From assembly GCF_000284455.1 (NCBI RefSeq), contig NC_017039.1, positions 1,620,001-1,652,000 on the forward strand: a DNA stretch of 32,000 nt. The letters run 5' to 3'. Below, piece after piece: positions 17,409-27,708 of the stretch. The position numbers and the translations under genes were made by a program. Position 1 is the first letter of the stretch; every line of letters begins with the position of its first letter. Under the pieces are notes generated by a model. The model made no database searches. It worked only from the letters and a program-made list of their open reading frames with translations, and was not told the DNA's origin. The stretch comes from Synechocystis sp. PCC 6803 substr. PCC-P (GTDB lineage: Bacteria; Cyanobacteriota; Cyanobacteriia; Cyanobacteriales; Microcystaceae).

Positions 17409-18275
17409 ATGTTTTTCATGCAAAATACTAAGTCTATTTATATTATCATTCCAGTTCATAATCGTCGAGAAGTTACATTACAATGCTTGACAACTCTAAA
17501 GCTTAACGAGGATTTAGATCAGTATAGGATTGTTGTTGTTGATGACGACTCAACCGATGGCACAAGAGAAGCTGTTAACGCTCAGTTTCCACAGGTAATT
17601 GTTTTAGAAGGAGATGGTAATTTATGGTGGACAGGAGCAGTCAAGATGGGAATGAAATACGCCTACGAACAGGGTGGTGAATTATTTATCTTGCTCAATG
17701 ATGATTGTTATCCTCAAATGGGAACTATTTCTAAATTACTAAAAAAAATCGACGAAAATCCTAATTCAGTTATTGGCGTTCAATGCCTTGATCCAAAAAG
17801 CAAAGAACCAAGCTATGGCGGAATCCTTACAAATAATAATAAATTACAAGTCGTGAAAATTTTCCATACTTTTAATAGCATGACTGATTGCGACGCTTTA
17901 AATGGTAATTTGCTGGCAATTCCTCGTAATATTGTTGATAAAGTTGGCTTTCCTGATGCAAAACGATTTCCTCATCATTTTGGAGATTTTGTTTACACTA
18001 ATCGAATCAAAAAAGAAGGCTATAAACTTTTTTTATGTAATGATATAGTGGCGTTATGCGAATACCATTATAATGGCTTGTCAAAAAAGTCCAGCCAGTT
18101 TAACCGTTTTCAAGAGCTATTTACTCCTACATCTCAATTTTACTGGAAAACAGAAATGAAGGGTTATATCGAGTTATTTGGTATTAAGGGCATAATTATA
18201 TATCTACATAAGCGTTGTTTATTGTCCTCATTAAAAGTGATTTTTTTACTTCTCGATCAAAAACTAACTTTGTGA
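17409..18275 (+). CDS. Family 2 glycosyltransferase (rhamnosyltransferase-like)
   Basis: YIIIPVHNRREVTLQCLTTLKLNEDLDQYRIVVVDDDSTDGTREAV...EGDGNLWWTGAVKMGM...FILLNDD. Confidence 0.9.
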   Translation: MFFMQNTKSIYIIIPVHNRREVTLQCLTTLKLNEDLDQYRIVVVDDDSTDGTREAVNAQFPQVIVLEGDGNLWWTGAVKMGMKYAYEQGGELFILLNDDCYPQMGTISKLLKKIDENPNSVIGVQCLDPKSKEPSYGGILTNNNKLQVVKIFHTFNSMTDCDALNGNLLAIPRNIVDKVGFPDAKRFPHHFGDFVYTNRIKKEGYKLFLCNDIVALCEYHYNGLSKKSSQFNRFQELFTPTSQFYWKTEMKGYIELFGIKGIIIYLHKRCLLSSLKVIFLLLDQKLTL

Positions 18276-18335
18276 TACCCCCTACTACAAATCCCTATTC
18301 TATCTCCACCGCATCAAAAGCTTAATCAAAGAAAT

Positions 18336-18366
18336 CGGCAAAACTTGGCTACCCTAGCCCCAATTA
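18336..18366 (+). repeat. Degenerate dispersed repeat, copy A
   Basis: CGGCAAAACTTGGCTACCCTAGCCCCAATTA. Confidence 0.7.
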
Positions 18367-18874
18367 ACCTTGTCTGGCCCATAATTAAACATAGAACTAC
18401 ATCGATTATGGCTCCTGATGTTAACATCAGAGAGAATAATAGAAACCGCATTCCCTCCTAGTAATCCGTCCGATTATTTTAGCAATCCGGTCTTTGCTGA
18501 CCTAGGCAAATTAGGAGAACTATTATCATGAATGAGCTATTGGAATTTACATCGCTAGTCTGGACTATCCTAACGTCAGTGGTGCTGAACACCTAGAGCT
18601 ATTAAATATTCGGGATCAAATTGGAGAAATTGTTAACATATTTAGCCTACGAGAAAAAAGAAAATTACGAGAAGCAGATAAAAAATGTTAATTAACATGG
18701 CAACTACTTATCAAAAAATTTCTCGCTTTATTGATTTATCTAACTATCGAAATGAGCATGAGATTTCCCCCCATCAATGGTGGTGGTATTTAGATGTTTT
18801 ATCCTTTCTTCCTGATGACATTAGCTCCAATGTAGCCTGATCAAAAAAACTTAAAACCTAGACCTTTTAGCATT

Positions 18875-18920
18875 GGCGATCAGCAAACTCAGTAAAACCT
18901 GGCTACCCTAGCTCCAATTA
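18875..18920 (+). repeat. Degenerate dispersed repeat, copy B
   Basis: GGCGATCAGCAAACTCAGTAAAACCTGGCTACCCTAGCTCCAATTA. Confidence 0.7.
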
Positions 18921-18971
18921 ACTCTCCCTGTCCCAAGATTAAGATAGAACTGCTCTCTCGTTTCCCGTCTC

Positions 18972-19547
18972 ATGGCCACCACCCCCCAAGAAGTCTGGCA
19001 ACTCCTCGGCGAACTTGCCCAGGCCCAAAAAGAAACCGAACGCCTCCTCAAAGAACAGTCCCAAGAAGCGGATCGTCGTTTCCAAGAAACTGAACGACTC
19101 TTAAAAGAACAAAGCCAACGCCTACTTGGCCAACTTGGTAACCGCTTGGGAGAGTTTGTCGAATACCAAGTGCGACCTGCCGCCGTTAGACTGTTCCGGG
19201 AACGGGGCATTGACGTTCATGAAATTTCCACCGACCTATCCGTTCAAAAAAATGGTCAAGGGCTAGAAATTGATCTGTTAGTAGTTAATGGCAATGAGGC
19301 GATCGCCATCGAAGTGAAAAGTAAACTAGACAAGGAAGATGTAGATGAACACCTAGAACGAATGAGTAAATTTAAACGACTCCTACCCCGCTATCAACCT
19401 CTCAAAATACTAGGAGCCGTCGCCGCCATGGTAGTGCCCAACCAGATTGCCAGTTACGCCTACCGTAAAGGACTCTTTGTTATTGCCCAATCTGGCGACG
19501 ATCTGATGATTTTAAATGATGCTAAATTCCGCCCTAAAGCTTGGTAG
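18972..19547 (+). CDS. Coiled-coil plus PD-(D/E)XK nuclease-fold-like protein (DUF3782-like)
   Basis: N-terminal tandem ETERLLKEQSQ heptad-like repeat, then GLEIDLLVVNGNEAIAIEVKSKLDKEDVDEHLERM, a D-x(n)-ExK pattern. Confidence 0.75.
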   Translation: MATTPQEVWQLLGELAQAQKETERLLKEQSQEADRRFQETERLLKEQSQRLLGQLGNRLGEFVEYQVRPAAVRLFRERGIDVHEISTDLSVQKNGQGLEIDLLVVNGNEAIAIEVKSKLDKEDVDEHLERMSKFKRLLPRYQPLKILGAVAAMVVPNQIASYAYRKGLFVIAQSGDDLMILNDAKFRPKAW

Positions 19548-19596
19548 TCCACCGTCTCAAAATAATGAATTTCCATCTGCCTCAGCTTTTACCCTC

Positions 19597-19634
19597 GGCG
19601 ATCGACAAACTCGGCAAAACTTGGTTGCCCTAGC
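19597..19634 (+). repeat. Degenerate dispersed repeat, copy C
   Basis: GGCGATCGACAAACTCGGCAAAACTTGGTTGCCCTAGC. Confidence 0.7.
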
Positions 19635-19813
19635 CCGTTCCTACCCAGCCCAGAATGGAAATAGACCTACTGATGGGGGGTTTTCGGTAAAAAAGCTACA
19701 CTAAACTAAGACTAAGGCTAGGCATCACCATATAACAAAACCAACTTAACTGGAATCACCCAAATTCAGCCCAAATGCTGTAACAACAACCAATAACTAA
19801 TTTCCTAAAAACG

Positions 19814-20266
19814 ATGATTTCTAACCCTTCTGTCCCAAGCCTTTATGAAGACGATTATGTCGCTTGGTTAGATACTACCCTTAACCAACTTAAAAACCAT
19901 GACATCGAACAGCTTGACTGGGACAATTTAACTGAGGAAATAGAAGCATTGGGACGGGAACAACGCCACAAAGTCGAAAGTTATTTACTCCGACTACTGA
20001 TTCATTTACTACTTTATCAATATTGGCACTCTGAAAAAGAATGGTCAGGGAAAGGTTGGGAAAAAGAAATTGATAACTTTCGCTTAGAACTAGATCTACT
20101 GCTAGAGTCCAAAGTCCTCTTTAATCATCTCACGACAATTCTGGAGAAGGATTATCAAAAAGCCCGCAAAAGTGCCATTCGCAAATCAAAATTGTCCCCT
20201 GAAATATTTCCATTGGCTTGTCCCTATATCCTAGAACAAATCCTCGATCCCGACTGGCTACCTTAA
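19814..20266 (+). CDS. DUF29-family-like protein
   Basis: YEDDYVAWLDTTLNQLKNHDIEQLDWDNLTEEIEALGREQRHKVESYLLRLLIHLL, the typical DUF29 pattern. Confidence 0.88.
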   Translation: MISNPSVPSLYEDDYVAWLDTTLNQLKNHDIEQLDWDNLTEEIEALGREQRHKVESYLLRLLIHLLLYQYWHSEKEWSGKGWEKEIDNFRLELDLLLESKVLFNHLTTILEKDYQKARKSAIRKSKLSPEIFPLACPYILEQILDPDWLP

Positions 20267-20305
20267 CAATTGAAAAAGTCATTTACTCCCATTGAAAAAT
20301 TGGTA

Positions 20306-21235
20306 CTACGTCAAAGAAAACAACCCTCTCAAAAATCGCCATTTAACTGGACAGGACAACGACTTCAACTCCGGTAAATCAAACAATCCCATCACCTGTT
20401 TAAACTCCCGCCAGCGCCGCCGCCGCAATTGTCGCCACGCCCCCGCCAAAATATATTGATGAAAGAATAATCCTTTGCAAAACTCGATATCCCTTGTCGT
20501 CAAAATATTTAACTTCTCCAATTCCCCAAACAACCTCAGCAAAATATTCACCGTTTCTCCATGAAATGACCCCATGGTGAGTGCTTGGCCATGTACCCGA
20601 TAGGCCACCGTGGCTTCCCGACAGCAATACACTCCATACCGGGCAAACAGCCGCATCCACATTTCCAGATCACAGGGTTCCCGCCAGTCCGGATTGAAAT
20701 AACCCACCTCCGTGAATAAGTCCCGTCTAATTACCATGGCCGGGAAACGGACAAACGAAGAATCTGAAAAAAGCCGTATTAATGCATCGTGGGGGGGCAA
20801 AAGTTTATCTTGTCTAAACCCTTGCCGTTTCACGACCCGTTCTTGGGCATCCACCACCCGGACTCCAAATAATAAAACTGGGGATGAGCTCCCCAACTGC
20901 CGCAACTTATTGACCAGCAGACCTAATCCCTGGGGCAAAAAAAAGTCATCGTCGTGGAGAACCATCACATATTGCCCCGTTGCCCATTGAATAGCCCGGT
21001 TCCAGTTCTGGGCCATGCCCAACGGTTGTTGATGGTGTTCATAGCACCAAGATCCCGACCAATTTTTTAACACCTCACTGGCGATCGCCTGGCCCTGATC
21101 AGTGTCGGAATCATCGGTAATTACTATTTCTATATCACTCCCTTCACCCACGGCGATAGACTCCAAACCCCGCTGGAGCCAGTTAGGGCGGTTATAGGCA
21201 GGAATACAAATACTTAACAAAGGTGCTTCAAGCAT
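20306..21235 (-). CDS. Family 2 glycosyltransferase
   Basis: PLLSICIPAYNRPNWLQRGLESIAVGEGSDIEIVITDDSDTD...NWNRAIQWATGQYVMVLHDDDFF. Confidence 0.92.
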   Translation of the reverse strand: MLEAPLLSICIPAYNRPNWLQRGLESIAVGEGSDIEIVITDDSDTDQGQAIASEVLKNWSGSWCYEHHQQPLGMAQNWNRAIQWATGQYVMVLHDDDFFLPQGLGLLVNKLRQLGSSSPVLLFGVRVVDAQERVVKRQGFRQDKLLPPHDALIRLFSDSSFVRFPAMVIRRDLFTEVGYFNPDWREPCDLEMWMRLFARYGVYCCREATVAYRVHGQALTMGSFHGETVNILLRLFGELEKLNILTTRDIEFCKGLFFHQYILAGAWRQLRRRRWREFKQVMGLFDLPELKSLSCPVKWRFLRGLFSLT

Positions 21236-21315
21236 CGCTTTCCTTTTTCCTCGTCCGCCCCATCCATAGCCAAGCTCTCTGAAATTCGGACCAATCTATT
21301 GCCGAGATTATGGCC

Positions 21316-22299
21316 CTAGTCCTGTAGCCAGCGGGCCGCATCCTTAGCATGGTAGGTCAAAATCAAATCTGCCCCGGCCCGTTTAAAGCTGGTGAGGGTT
21401 TCCAGGGTAACTTTTTGTTCGTCAATCCAACCGTTTAGGGCGGCCGCCTTCACCATGGAATACTCCCCAGACACGTTATAGGCCGCCACTGGTAAATTGG
21501 TCATTTCCTTAATGCGCCAAATAATATCCATATAGGACAAAGCCGGTTTGACCATCACCATATCCGCCCCCTCTAGCAAATCCAACTCCACTTCTTTCAA
21601 CGCTTCCCGACTATTGCCTGGATCCATTTGGTAGGTCCGGCGATCGCCGAATTGGGGAGAGGAATCCGCCGCATCCCGGAAGGGGCCGTAATAGGCCGAA
21701 GCATACTTAGCCGCGTAGGACAGAATGGGAATATTTTGGAAATCATGGTCATCCAAGGCTTCCCGAATCGCCTGGACAAAACCATCCATCATCCCCGAGG
21801 GAGCAATGACATCTGCCCCAGCATTAGCTTGGGAAACAGCGGTTTTTTTCAACAATTCCAAGGTGGGGTCGTTCAATACCCGGCCGGTCAAATCCCCCGT
21901 TTCCAGATAGCCACAGTGGCCATGGTTGGTATATTCACACAAACAGGTATCGACAATTACCACCAAATCTGGCACCGCTTTTTTCACCGCTTCCGTCGCC
22001 TTTTGGACAATGCCGCAATCATGCCAAGCTCCCGTGGCATCGGTATCCTTATCTTCGGGAATACCAAACAGAATAATGGCCGGAATGCCTAAATCCCGTA
22101 CTTCTTTAGCTTCGTCAACAATTTTATCCACCGACAGTTGGTACACTCCAGGCATGGAAACTACTTCCTTGGCAATGGCATTACCAGGAACGGCAAACAA
22201 GGGATAGATCAAATCATTGACGGTGAGGGTATTTTCCCTGACCATGCGGCGAAGAACATCAGTTTGGCGCAGGCGACGGGGACGGATGGTGGGAAACAT
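21316..22299 (-). CDS. hemB: Delta-aminolevulinic acid dehydratase (porphobilinogen synthase)
   Basis: [18 protein letters not shown]...[13 protein letters not shown]...[19 protein letters not shown]...[12 protein letters not shown]...YNVSGEYSM. Confidence 0.98.
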   Translation of the reverse strand: MFPTIRPRRLRQTDVLRRMVRENTLTVNDLIYPLFAVPGNAIAKEVVSMPGVYQLSVDKIVDEAKEVRDLGIPAIILFGIPEDKDTDATGAWHDCGIVQKATEAVKKAVPDLVVIVDTCLCEYTNHGHCGYLETGDLTGRVLNDPTLELLKKTAVSQANAGADVIAPSGMMDGFVQAIREALDDHDFQNIPILSYAAKYASAYYGPFRDAADSSPQFGDRRTYQMDPGNSREALKEVELDLLEGADMVMVKPALSYMDIIWRIKEMTNLPVAAYNVSGEYSMVKAAALNGWIDEQKVTLETLTSFKRAGADLILTYHAKDAARWLQD

Positions 22300-22529
22300 A
22301 ATGGTGCCTAAATATTTTGCTTAATGGATTTTTTTAAAGTTTTTAAAGTAAAAGTTCAGCCTTAGGGATTAGTTAGTGCTTGATTAACGTTGCTAATTGA
22401 CTAGTTTTTGCCCCCAAGAACTGGTTAAGGTGCCAAATTCCGGCAATGGTTTGAAGCAGAATTCGGTCAGCCCTGGGGAAAAGCCTGGCAACCCAACCCA
22501 GACCAGTTCTCAGTTAACCTGAAGATGGG

Positions 22530-22628
22530 TTAGATCAGCTTGACAAACCGCAGACCGTAAAGCAGACCAAGGGTGACCCCGGTAAAAACAGCAATATAAC
22601 CAATAAAAATGCCTACACCAGCGGCCAT
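22530..22628 (-). CDS. petL: Cytochrome b6-f complex subunit 6 (PetL)-like small membrane protein, 32 aa
   Basis: [32 protein letters not shown]: one TM helix plus a PetL-like ..xVKLI terminus, with a GAGG-type Shine-Dalgarno just upstream. Confidence 0.7.
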   Translation of the reverse strand: MAAGVGIFIGYIAVFTGVTLGLLYGLRFVKLI

Positions 22629-22709
22629 AATTTTGTTCCTCGCTTTGATAAAAACGTTGTAATTGTTTGCTATTGTACGATCCAGCGCCACCGATTGAAC
22701 CAGCAACTT

Positions 22710-23795
22710 ATGGCCACCACTATCCCCGTTCCCCTGCCCCAGTCCCCCTATCAAGTACAGATTGTGCCGGGAGGATTAGCGGCAATTGCCGACCATTTAG
22801 CTCCCCTTGGTTTGGGCAAAAAAATTATGGTGGTGTCCAATCCGGAAATTTATGACTACTACGGCGAAGTAGTGATCCAAGCCTTACAAAGGGCTGGCTA
22901 TGAAGTTTTTCAGCATTTAATTCCCGCTGGGGAAACCCATAAAACCCTGGCTTCCATTAATGAGCTTTACGATGTCGCTTTCCAGGCCAATTTGGAGCGG
23001 AATTCCACCCTGCTGTCCCTGGGGGGAGGTGTCATCGGTGATATGACGGGGTTTGGGGCGGCCACTTGGCTCCGGGGCATTAATTTTGTTCAGGTACCCA
23101 CTTCCTTGCTAGCCATGGTGGATGCTTCCATTGGCGGCAAAACGGGGGTGAACCATCCCCAGGGCAAAAATTTAATTGGTGCTTTTTACCAGCCGCGCTT
23201 GGTGTATATTGACCCCGTTGTGTTAAAAACCCTACCGGAACGGGAATTTCGGGCAGGGATGGCGGAGGTAATTAAATACGGAGTGATTTGGGATTCAGAA
23301 TTATTCACAGCCCTAGAAGAAGCGGAAGATTTGTCTAGCATCGATCGCCTGCCGGACGAATTATTAACCAAAATCATCCAACGTTCCTGCCAAGCTAAAG
23401 TGGATGTGGTCAGCCAAGACGAAAAGGAAGCGGGATTACGGGCCATCCTCAACTACGGTCATACTGTCGGCCATGGGGTGGAAAGTCTAACGGGCTATGG
23501 AGTGATTAACCACGGGGAAGCAGTGGCCATTGGCATGGAAGCGGCGGCCAAAATTGCCCATTACCTAGGACTTTGTGACCAATCCCTCGGCGATCGCCAA
23601 CGGCAATTATTGCTTAAAACTAAATTACCCACGGAGATGCCCCCAACCCTGGCGGTGGAGAACTTGCTAGCGAGTTTACTACACGACAAAAAAGTCAAAG
23701 CGGGCAAGGTTCGTTTCATTCTCCCCACGGCGATCGGGCAAGTAACTATCAGTGATGCTGTCACCGACGAAGTTATTAAGGCAACCCTAGGCTAA
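22710..23795 (+). CDS. aroB: 3-dehydroquinate synthase; start at 22710 or 22695
   Basis: [89 protein letters not shown]. Confidence 0.97.
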   Translation: MATTIPVPLPQSPYQVQIVPGGLAAIADHLAPLGLGKKIMVVSNPEIYDYYGEVVIQALQRAGYEVFQHLIPAGETHKTLASINELYDVAFQANLERNSTLLSLGGGVIGDMTGFGAATWLRGINFVQVPTSLLAMVDASIGGKTGVNHPQGKNLIGAFYQPRLVYIDPVVLKTLPEREFRAGMAEVIKYGVIWDSELFTALEEAEDLSSIDRLPDELLTKIIQRSCQAKVDVVSQDEKEAGLRAILNYGHTVGHGVESLTGYGVINHGEAVAIGMEAAAKIAHYLGLCDQSLGDRQRQLLLKTKLPTEMPPTLAVENLLASLLHDKKVKAGKVRFILPTAIGQVTISDAVTDEVIKATLG

Positions 23796-23932
23796 TAAGT
23801 AAAACTGTAATCCTGGGGGACTGAAGATCAGCCCAAGGTGGGGTTAGGCAATTGTTAAAGATATGTAACAATGTGGCAGAGTCGGCTGGAGATTGAGCCA
23901 GTCTGTGCCAACCAATCGCCTTTTTCCCCGCC

Positions 23933-26900
23933 ATGTTCGTTGATTTTTTCATTAAGCGCCCTGTTTTCTCCAGCGTTTGCGCCATCATCATTTTGCTGGT
24001 GGGGACGATTAGCATTTTTAGCTTACCGATCGCCCAATTTCCGGAAGTAGCCCCAACCACCATTCAGGTTAGTTCCAACTACAGCGGGGCCAATGCGGAA
24101 GTGGTGGAAAGGGCCGTCACCGACATTTTGGAGCGGCAGATCAACGGGGTGCAGGGGATGAGGTACATTTCCTCTACCAGCAGTAACGATGGCACCAGTA
24201 GCATCACCGTCACCTTTGACCGGAGCCAGAATAAGGACATTGCCGCCGTCGATGTGCAAAACCGCGTGGCTCTGGCAGAACCGCAACTGCCGGAAGCAGT
24301 GAGAAGAACGGGGATCAGGGTTAATAAAGAATCCAACGCCCTACTGTTGGGCATCGGCATCACTAGCCCCGATGGCGAGTACGACAACGTTTTTTTGAGC
24401 AACTACGCCGATCGCTATCTGGTGGATCCCATCCGTCGGCTGGAAGGAGTGGGGGATGTACGGATTTTTGGGGAAAGGCTCTATGCCATGCGCCTCTGGG
24501 TAGATCCAATGAAATTAGCGGCCCAGCAGTTGACCATGGCGGACCTGAGTCGAGCTTTGCAGGAACAGAATTTACAGGTGGGGGCTGGACAGATTGGAGC
24601 AGAACCAGCACCCCCAGGTCAAGAATATCAATTGGACTTGCTCGCCAGTAGTCAATTAGTAGAAGTAAAAGATTTTGAGGACTTAATTGTTAAATCCGGG
24701 GCCAGCGGCTCTGTGGTTAGATTCAAAGATATCGGTCGGGTGGAATTGGGGGCCCAAAACTACAATAGTTTTTTACGCTTTCGGGGCGACGAAGCGGTGG
24801 GGCTAGGTATTTACCAATTGCTGGATAGTAATGCGTTGGAAGTAGCCCGTTTGGTGAAAGACGAAATGGCCCGTTTGGCTCAAAACTTTCCCGAAGGTAT
24901 TGAATACAGCGTTGCCTTTGATACCACGGAATTTGTGCAGGAGTCCCTCTCGGAGGTGGTGGAAACCCTGCTCATTGCCGTCGTTCTGGTAATCCTGGTA
25001 ATTTTGGTCTTTCTGCAAGACTGGCGATCGGCCTTAATTCCCGCTTTAACCATTCCCCTGGCTTTAATTGGTACTTTTGCCTTTGTCAAAGTCTTTAACT
25101 TTTCCATTAACAGTTTGACCCTGTTCGGTTTAACTCTGGCAACAGGGTTGGTGGTGGACGATGCCATCATTGTGGTGGAGCAAATTAGCCGTTTTATCAA
25201 AGTTAAACACGAAGATCCCCAAGAAGCGGCCCAGGAGGCCATGGGGGAACTGACGGGGGCGGTCATTGCCACTTCTTTGGTATTGATGGCAGTGTTTATT
25301 CCAGTGGCCTTTTTTCCTGGAACGACGGGGGCTTTATATCAACAATTTGCCCTTACCATTGCTTTTTCCATTCTTCTATCTACTTTCCTGGCCTTGACGC
25401 TGACCCCTTCCCTCTGCGCCCTGTTACTGCGGGAAGGCCAAGAACCACCGGCCTTTATTGCCGGATTTTTCAACTGGTTTAACCGGGTACTAGACATTAT
25501 CAAAAACGGTTATGGCAATGTGTTGGGCAAATTAGTCAATCTGCGGGCATGGGTAATTGGCGTATTTGTTCTGTTACTTGGGGCCACCGCTTGGTTGTAC
25601 GTCACTGTGCCCACTGCCTTTTTACCGGAGGAAGACCAGGGTTATTTCATCACCATTATCCAAGCTCCCCAGGGGGTTTCCCTGCAATACACCAGTAGGG
25701 TAATGGCCCAGGTGGAAAAGGAATTGCTAGCGGTGCCAGAAGTGACGGCGACCTTTGCAGTGGGAGGATTTAGTTTTAGTGGTAATAGCCCCAACCAAGG
25801 GATTATTTTTACCCGGCTCAAACCTTGGGGGGAACGGACTGCTCCTAATCAATCGGTGCAGGCCATCATCGGTCAGATGTTTGGTAAATTTTCCCAAATT
25901 CCCGAAGCCAATATCATTCCCATTAACCCACCTCCTATAAGGGGTTTGGGGCAATTTGGTGGGTTTGATTTCCAGTTACAGGATTTACGGGTGAATAGTG
26001 AACTGGACACCATGGTGGGCACGATGGGGGAAATCCTGGGGGCGGCCAACCAAAATCCGGCTTTAACCAGGGTATTTAGTACTTTCCAAGCTAATAATCC
26101 CCAGTTAATTGTCAATGTCAACCGCAACAAGGCTAAAAGCTTGGGGGTGCCGGTGGACCAAATTTTCCAAACCATGGAAACGGCGTTGGGTTCGAGCTAT
26201 GTGAACGACTTTGTTCTGCAGGGCCGCACCTATCGGGTTTACCTCCAGGCCGATGAGCAGTTCCGCAGTAGCCCGGAGGATATTAATAGCCTTTATGTTC
26301 GCAGTGAGTCCGGCACCATGATTCCCATGGCTAATTTGGTCACTGTGACCCAGGGGGTGGGGGCACCAATTATTACCCATTACAATCTCTTCCGCTCGAT
26401 CGCCATTACGGGGTCAGCTAACTTTGGGGTGAGTACGGGGCAAGCCATGAATGCCATGGCGGCGATCGCCCGACAGGTCATGCCACCGGGGTTTGATTTC
26501 CAATGGTCGGGTATTTCTTTGGAGGAAATGGGTTCCCAGGGCCAGGCTCCCCTAATTTTTGGCTTAGGTTTGCTGTTTGTATTTTTGGTACTGGCGGCTC
26601 AGTATGAAAACTACATTGACCCGGTGATTATTCTGCTCAGCGTCCCCCTGGCTATTTTGGGAGCTTTAACGGCCCAAAGTTTACGGGGTTTCCCCAATGA
26701 CGTGTACTGCCAAATTGGTTTGGTGATGTTGATTGGTCTTTCCAGTAAAAACGCCATTTTAATTGTGGAGTTTGCTAACCAGTTACGGGCGGAGGGTTAT
26801 CCCATTGCTAAAGCTGCCCTGGAAGCATCAAAGGATCGTCTCCGCCCCATTTTAATGACCGCCCTTTCCACTCTATTTGGTATTTTTCCCTTGGCGATCG

Positions 26901-27118
26901 CCACTGGTGCGGGGGCCGGTAGTCGGCAAGCATTGGGTACAGCGGTATTTGGCGGGATGTTGGTGGCCACTTTCCTCAGCCTATTTGTAGTGCCAGTTTT
27001 ATACATTGTGGTCAAAACTATCAGTGGAAGGCTTTTGGCACCCAAATCCACCAACCCCGAGCCTAGCCCCGAAATCGAATCCCACACCCCAGCCCCAGCG
27101 TCCCAAAGGAATAGCTAG
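23933..27118 (+). CDS. RND-family multidrug efflux transporter inner-membrane pump (AcrB/AcrF-like)
   Basis: 1061-aa ORF: MFVDFFIKRPVFSSVCAIIILLVGTISIFSLPIAQFPEVAPTTIQVSSNYSGANAEVVERAVTDILE...LVVDDAIIVVEQISR...GLSSKNAILIVEFANQLR. Confidence 0.97.
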   Translation: MFVDFFIKRPVFSSVCAIIILLVGTISIFSLPIAQFPEVAPTTIQVSSNYSGANAEVVERAVTDILERQINGVQGMRYISSTSSNDGTSSITVTFDRSQNKDIAAVDVQNRVALAEPQLPEAVRRTGIRVNKESNALLLGIGITSPDGEYDNVFLSNYADRYLVDPIRRLEGVGDVRIFGERLYAMRLWVDPMKLAAQQLTMADLSRALQEQNLQVGAGQIGAEPAPPGQEYQLDLLASSQLVEVKDFEDLIVKSGASGSVVRFKDIGRVELGAQNYNSFLRFRGDEAVGLGIYQLLDSNALEVARLVKDEMARLAQNFPEGIEYSVAFDTTEFVQESLSEVVETLLIAVVLVILVILVFLQDWRSALIPALTIPLALIGTFAFVKVFNFSINSLTLFGLTLATGLVVDDAIIVVEQISRFIKVKHEDPQEAAQEAMGELTGAVIATSLVLMAVFIPVAFFPGTTGALYQQFALTIAFSILLSTFLALTLTPSLCALLLREGQEPPAFIAGFFNWFNRVLDIIKNGYGNVLGKLVNLRAWVIGVFVLLLGATAWLYVTVPTAFLPEEDQGYFITIIQAPQGVSLQYTSRVMAQVEKELLAVPEVTATFAVGGFSFSGNSPNQGIIFTRLKPWGERTAPNQSVQAIIGQMFGKFSQIPEANIIPINPPPIRGLGQFGGFDFQLQDLRVNSELDTMVGTMGEILGAANQNPALTRVFSTFQANNPQLIVNVNRNKAKSLGVPVDQIFQTMETALGSSYVNDFVLQGRTYRVYLQADEQFRSSPEDINSLYVRSESGTMIPMANLVTVTQGVGAPIITHYNLFRSIAITGSANFGVSTGQAMNAMAAIARQVMPPGFDFQWSGISLEEMGSQGQAPLIFGLGLLFVFLVLAAQYENYIDPVIILLSVPLAILGALTAQSLRGFPNDVYCQIGLVMLIGLSSKNAILIVEFANQLRAEGYPIAKAALEASKDRLRPILMTALSTLFGIFPLAIATGAGAGSRQALGTAVFGGMLVATFLSLFVVPVLYIVVKTISGRLLAPKSTNPEPSPEIESHTPAPASQRNS

Positions 27119-27191
27119 AATATGTGGGAAGAAAATAAATCTGGTCTTATTGTTACGGCAGGCTTTTTGAGCAGAATTCAGGGTTTAGCCA

Positions 27192-27365
27192 ATGAATCTC
27201 GACACCATTCAGCAAGATATTGCAGAACTTCCGCCTGAAGCCCAAGAAATTGTTTTTGACTTAGTCAAGAGTCTTAAAAAAGATCATGTTGCAAATTTGC
27301 CGGTCTCTTCCACAGACTGGTCAGATTTTATTGGTTGCATGGATGCAGAATCTGAATCTTTCTAG
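27192..27365 (+). CDS. Small putative antitoxin (VapB/DUF2281-like), 57 aa
   Basis: MNLDTIQQDIAELPPEAQEIVFDLVKSLKKDHVANLPVSSTDWSDFIGCMDAESESF, immediately upstream of a PIN-domain ORF. Confidence 0.6.
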   Translation: MNLDTIQQDIAELPPEAQEIVFDLVKSLKKDHVANLPVSSTDWSDFIGCMDAESESF

Positions 27366-27406
27366 GAAATATAAAGCTTATTTGCATCACGAATTAGAAA
27401 AAAAAT

Positions 27407-27691
27407 ATGATCATTGTTGATACTGGCTTTTGGCTTGCCCTAGCTAATAAAAATGATGAGTTTCATATTCCGGCAGTGAATCTGTTTTATTCCCTACAAG
27501 ACGAGCAGTTTATAACAACTTGGTGTGTTATGACTGAAACTTGCTATCTACTGCAAAATCGGGTTGGAATTCATGCACCGCAGAGATTTATTAGAAAAAT
27601 TGGCTTAGGAAAACTCAATATCTTTGACATTAAACCTAGCCATTGTTCTCGCATTGAGCAACTTATGACGAAATATCGTGACTTGCTATAG
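27407..27691 (+). pseudogene. PIN-domain (VapC-like) toxin, 3' end truncated
   Basis: MIIVDTGFWLALANKNDEFHIPAVNLF...TWCVMTETCYLLQ...IEQLMTKYRDLL*. The usual P-M-D-L/F-A-D-A-S-L segment and C-terminus are missing. Confidence 0.75.
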
Positions 27692-27708
27692 GGCTTCGTG
27701 TTTATAAT

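Noticed and set aside
24023-27087. Several antisense ORFs opposite the RND transporter
   Set aside because: The 1061-aa RND protein explains the region completely; opposite-strand frames are open by chance.
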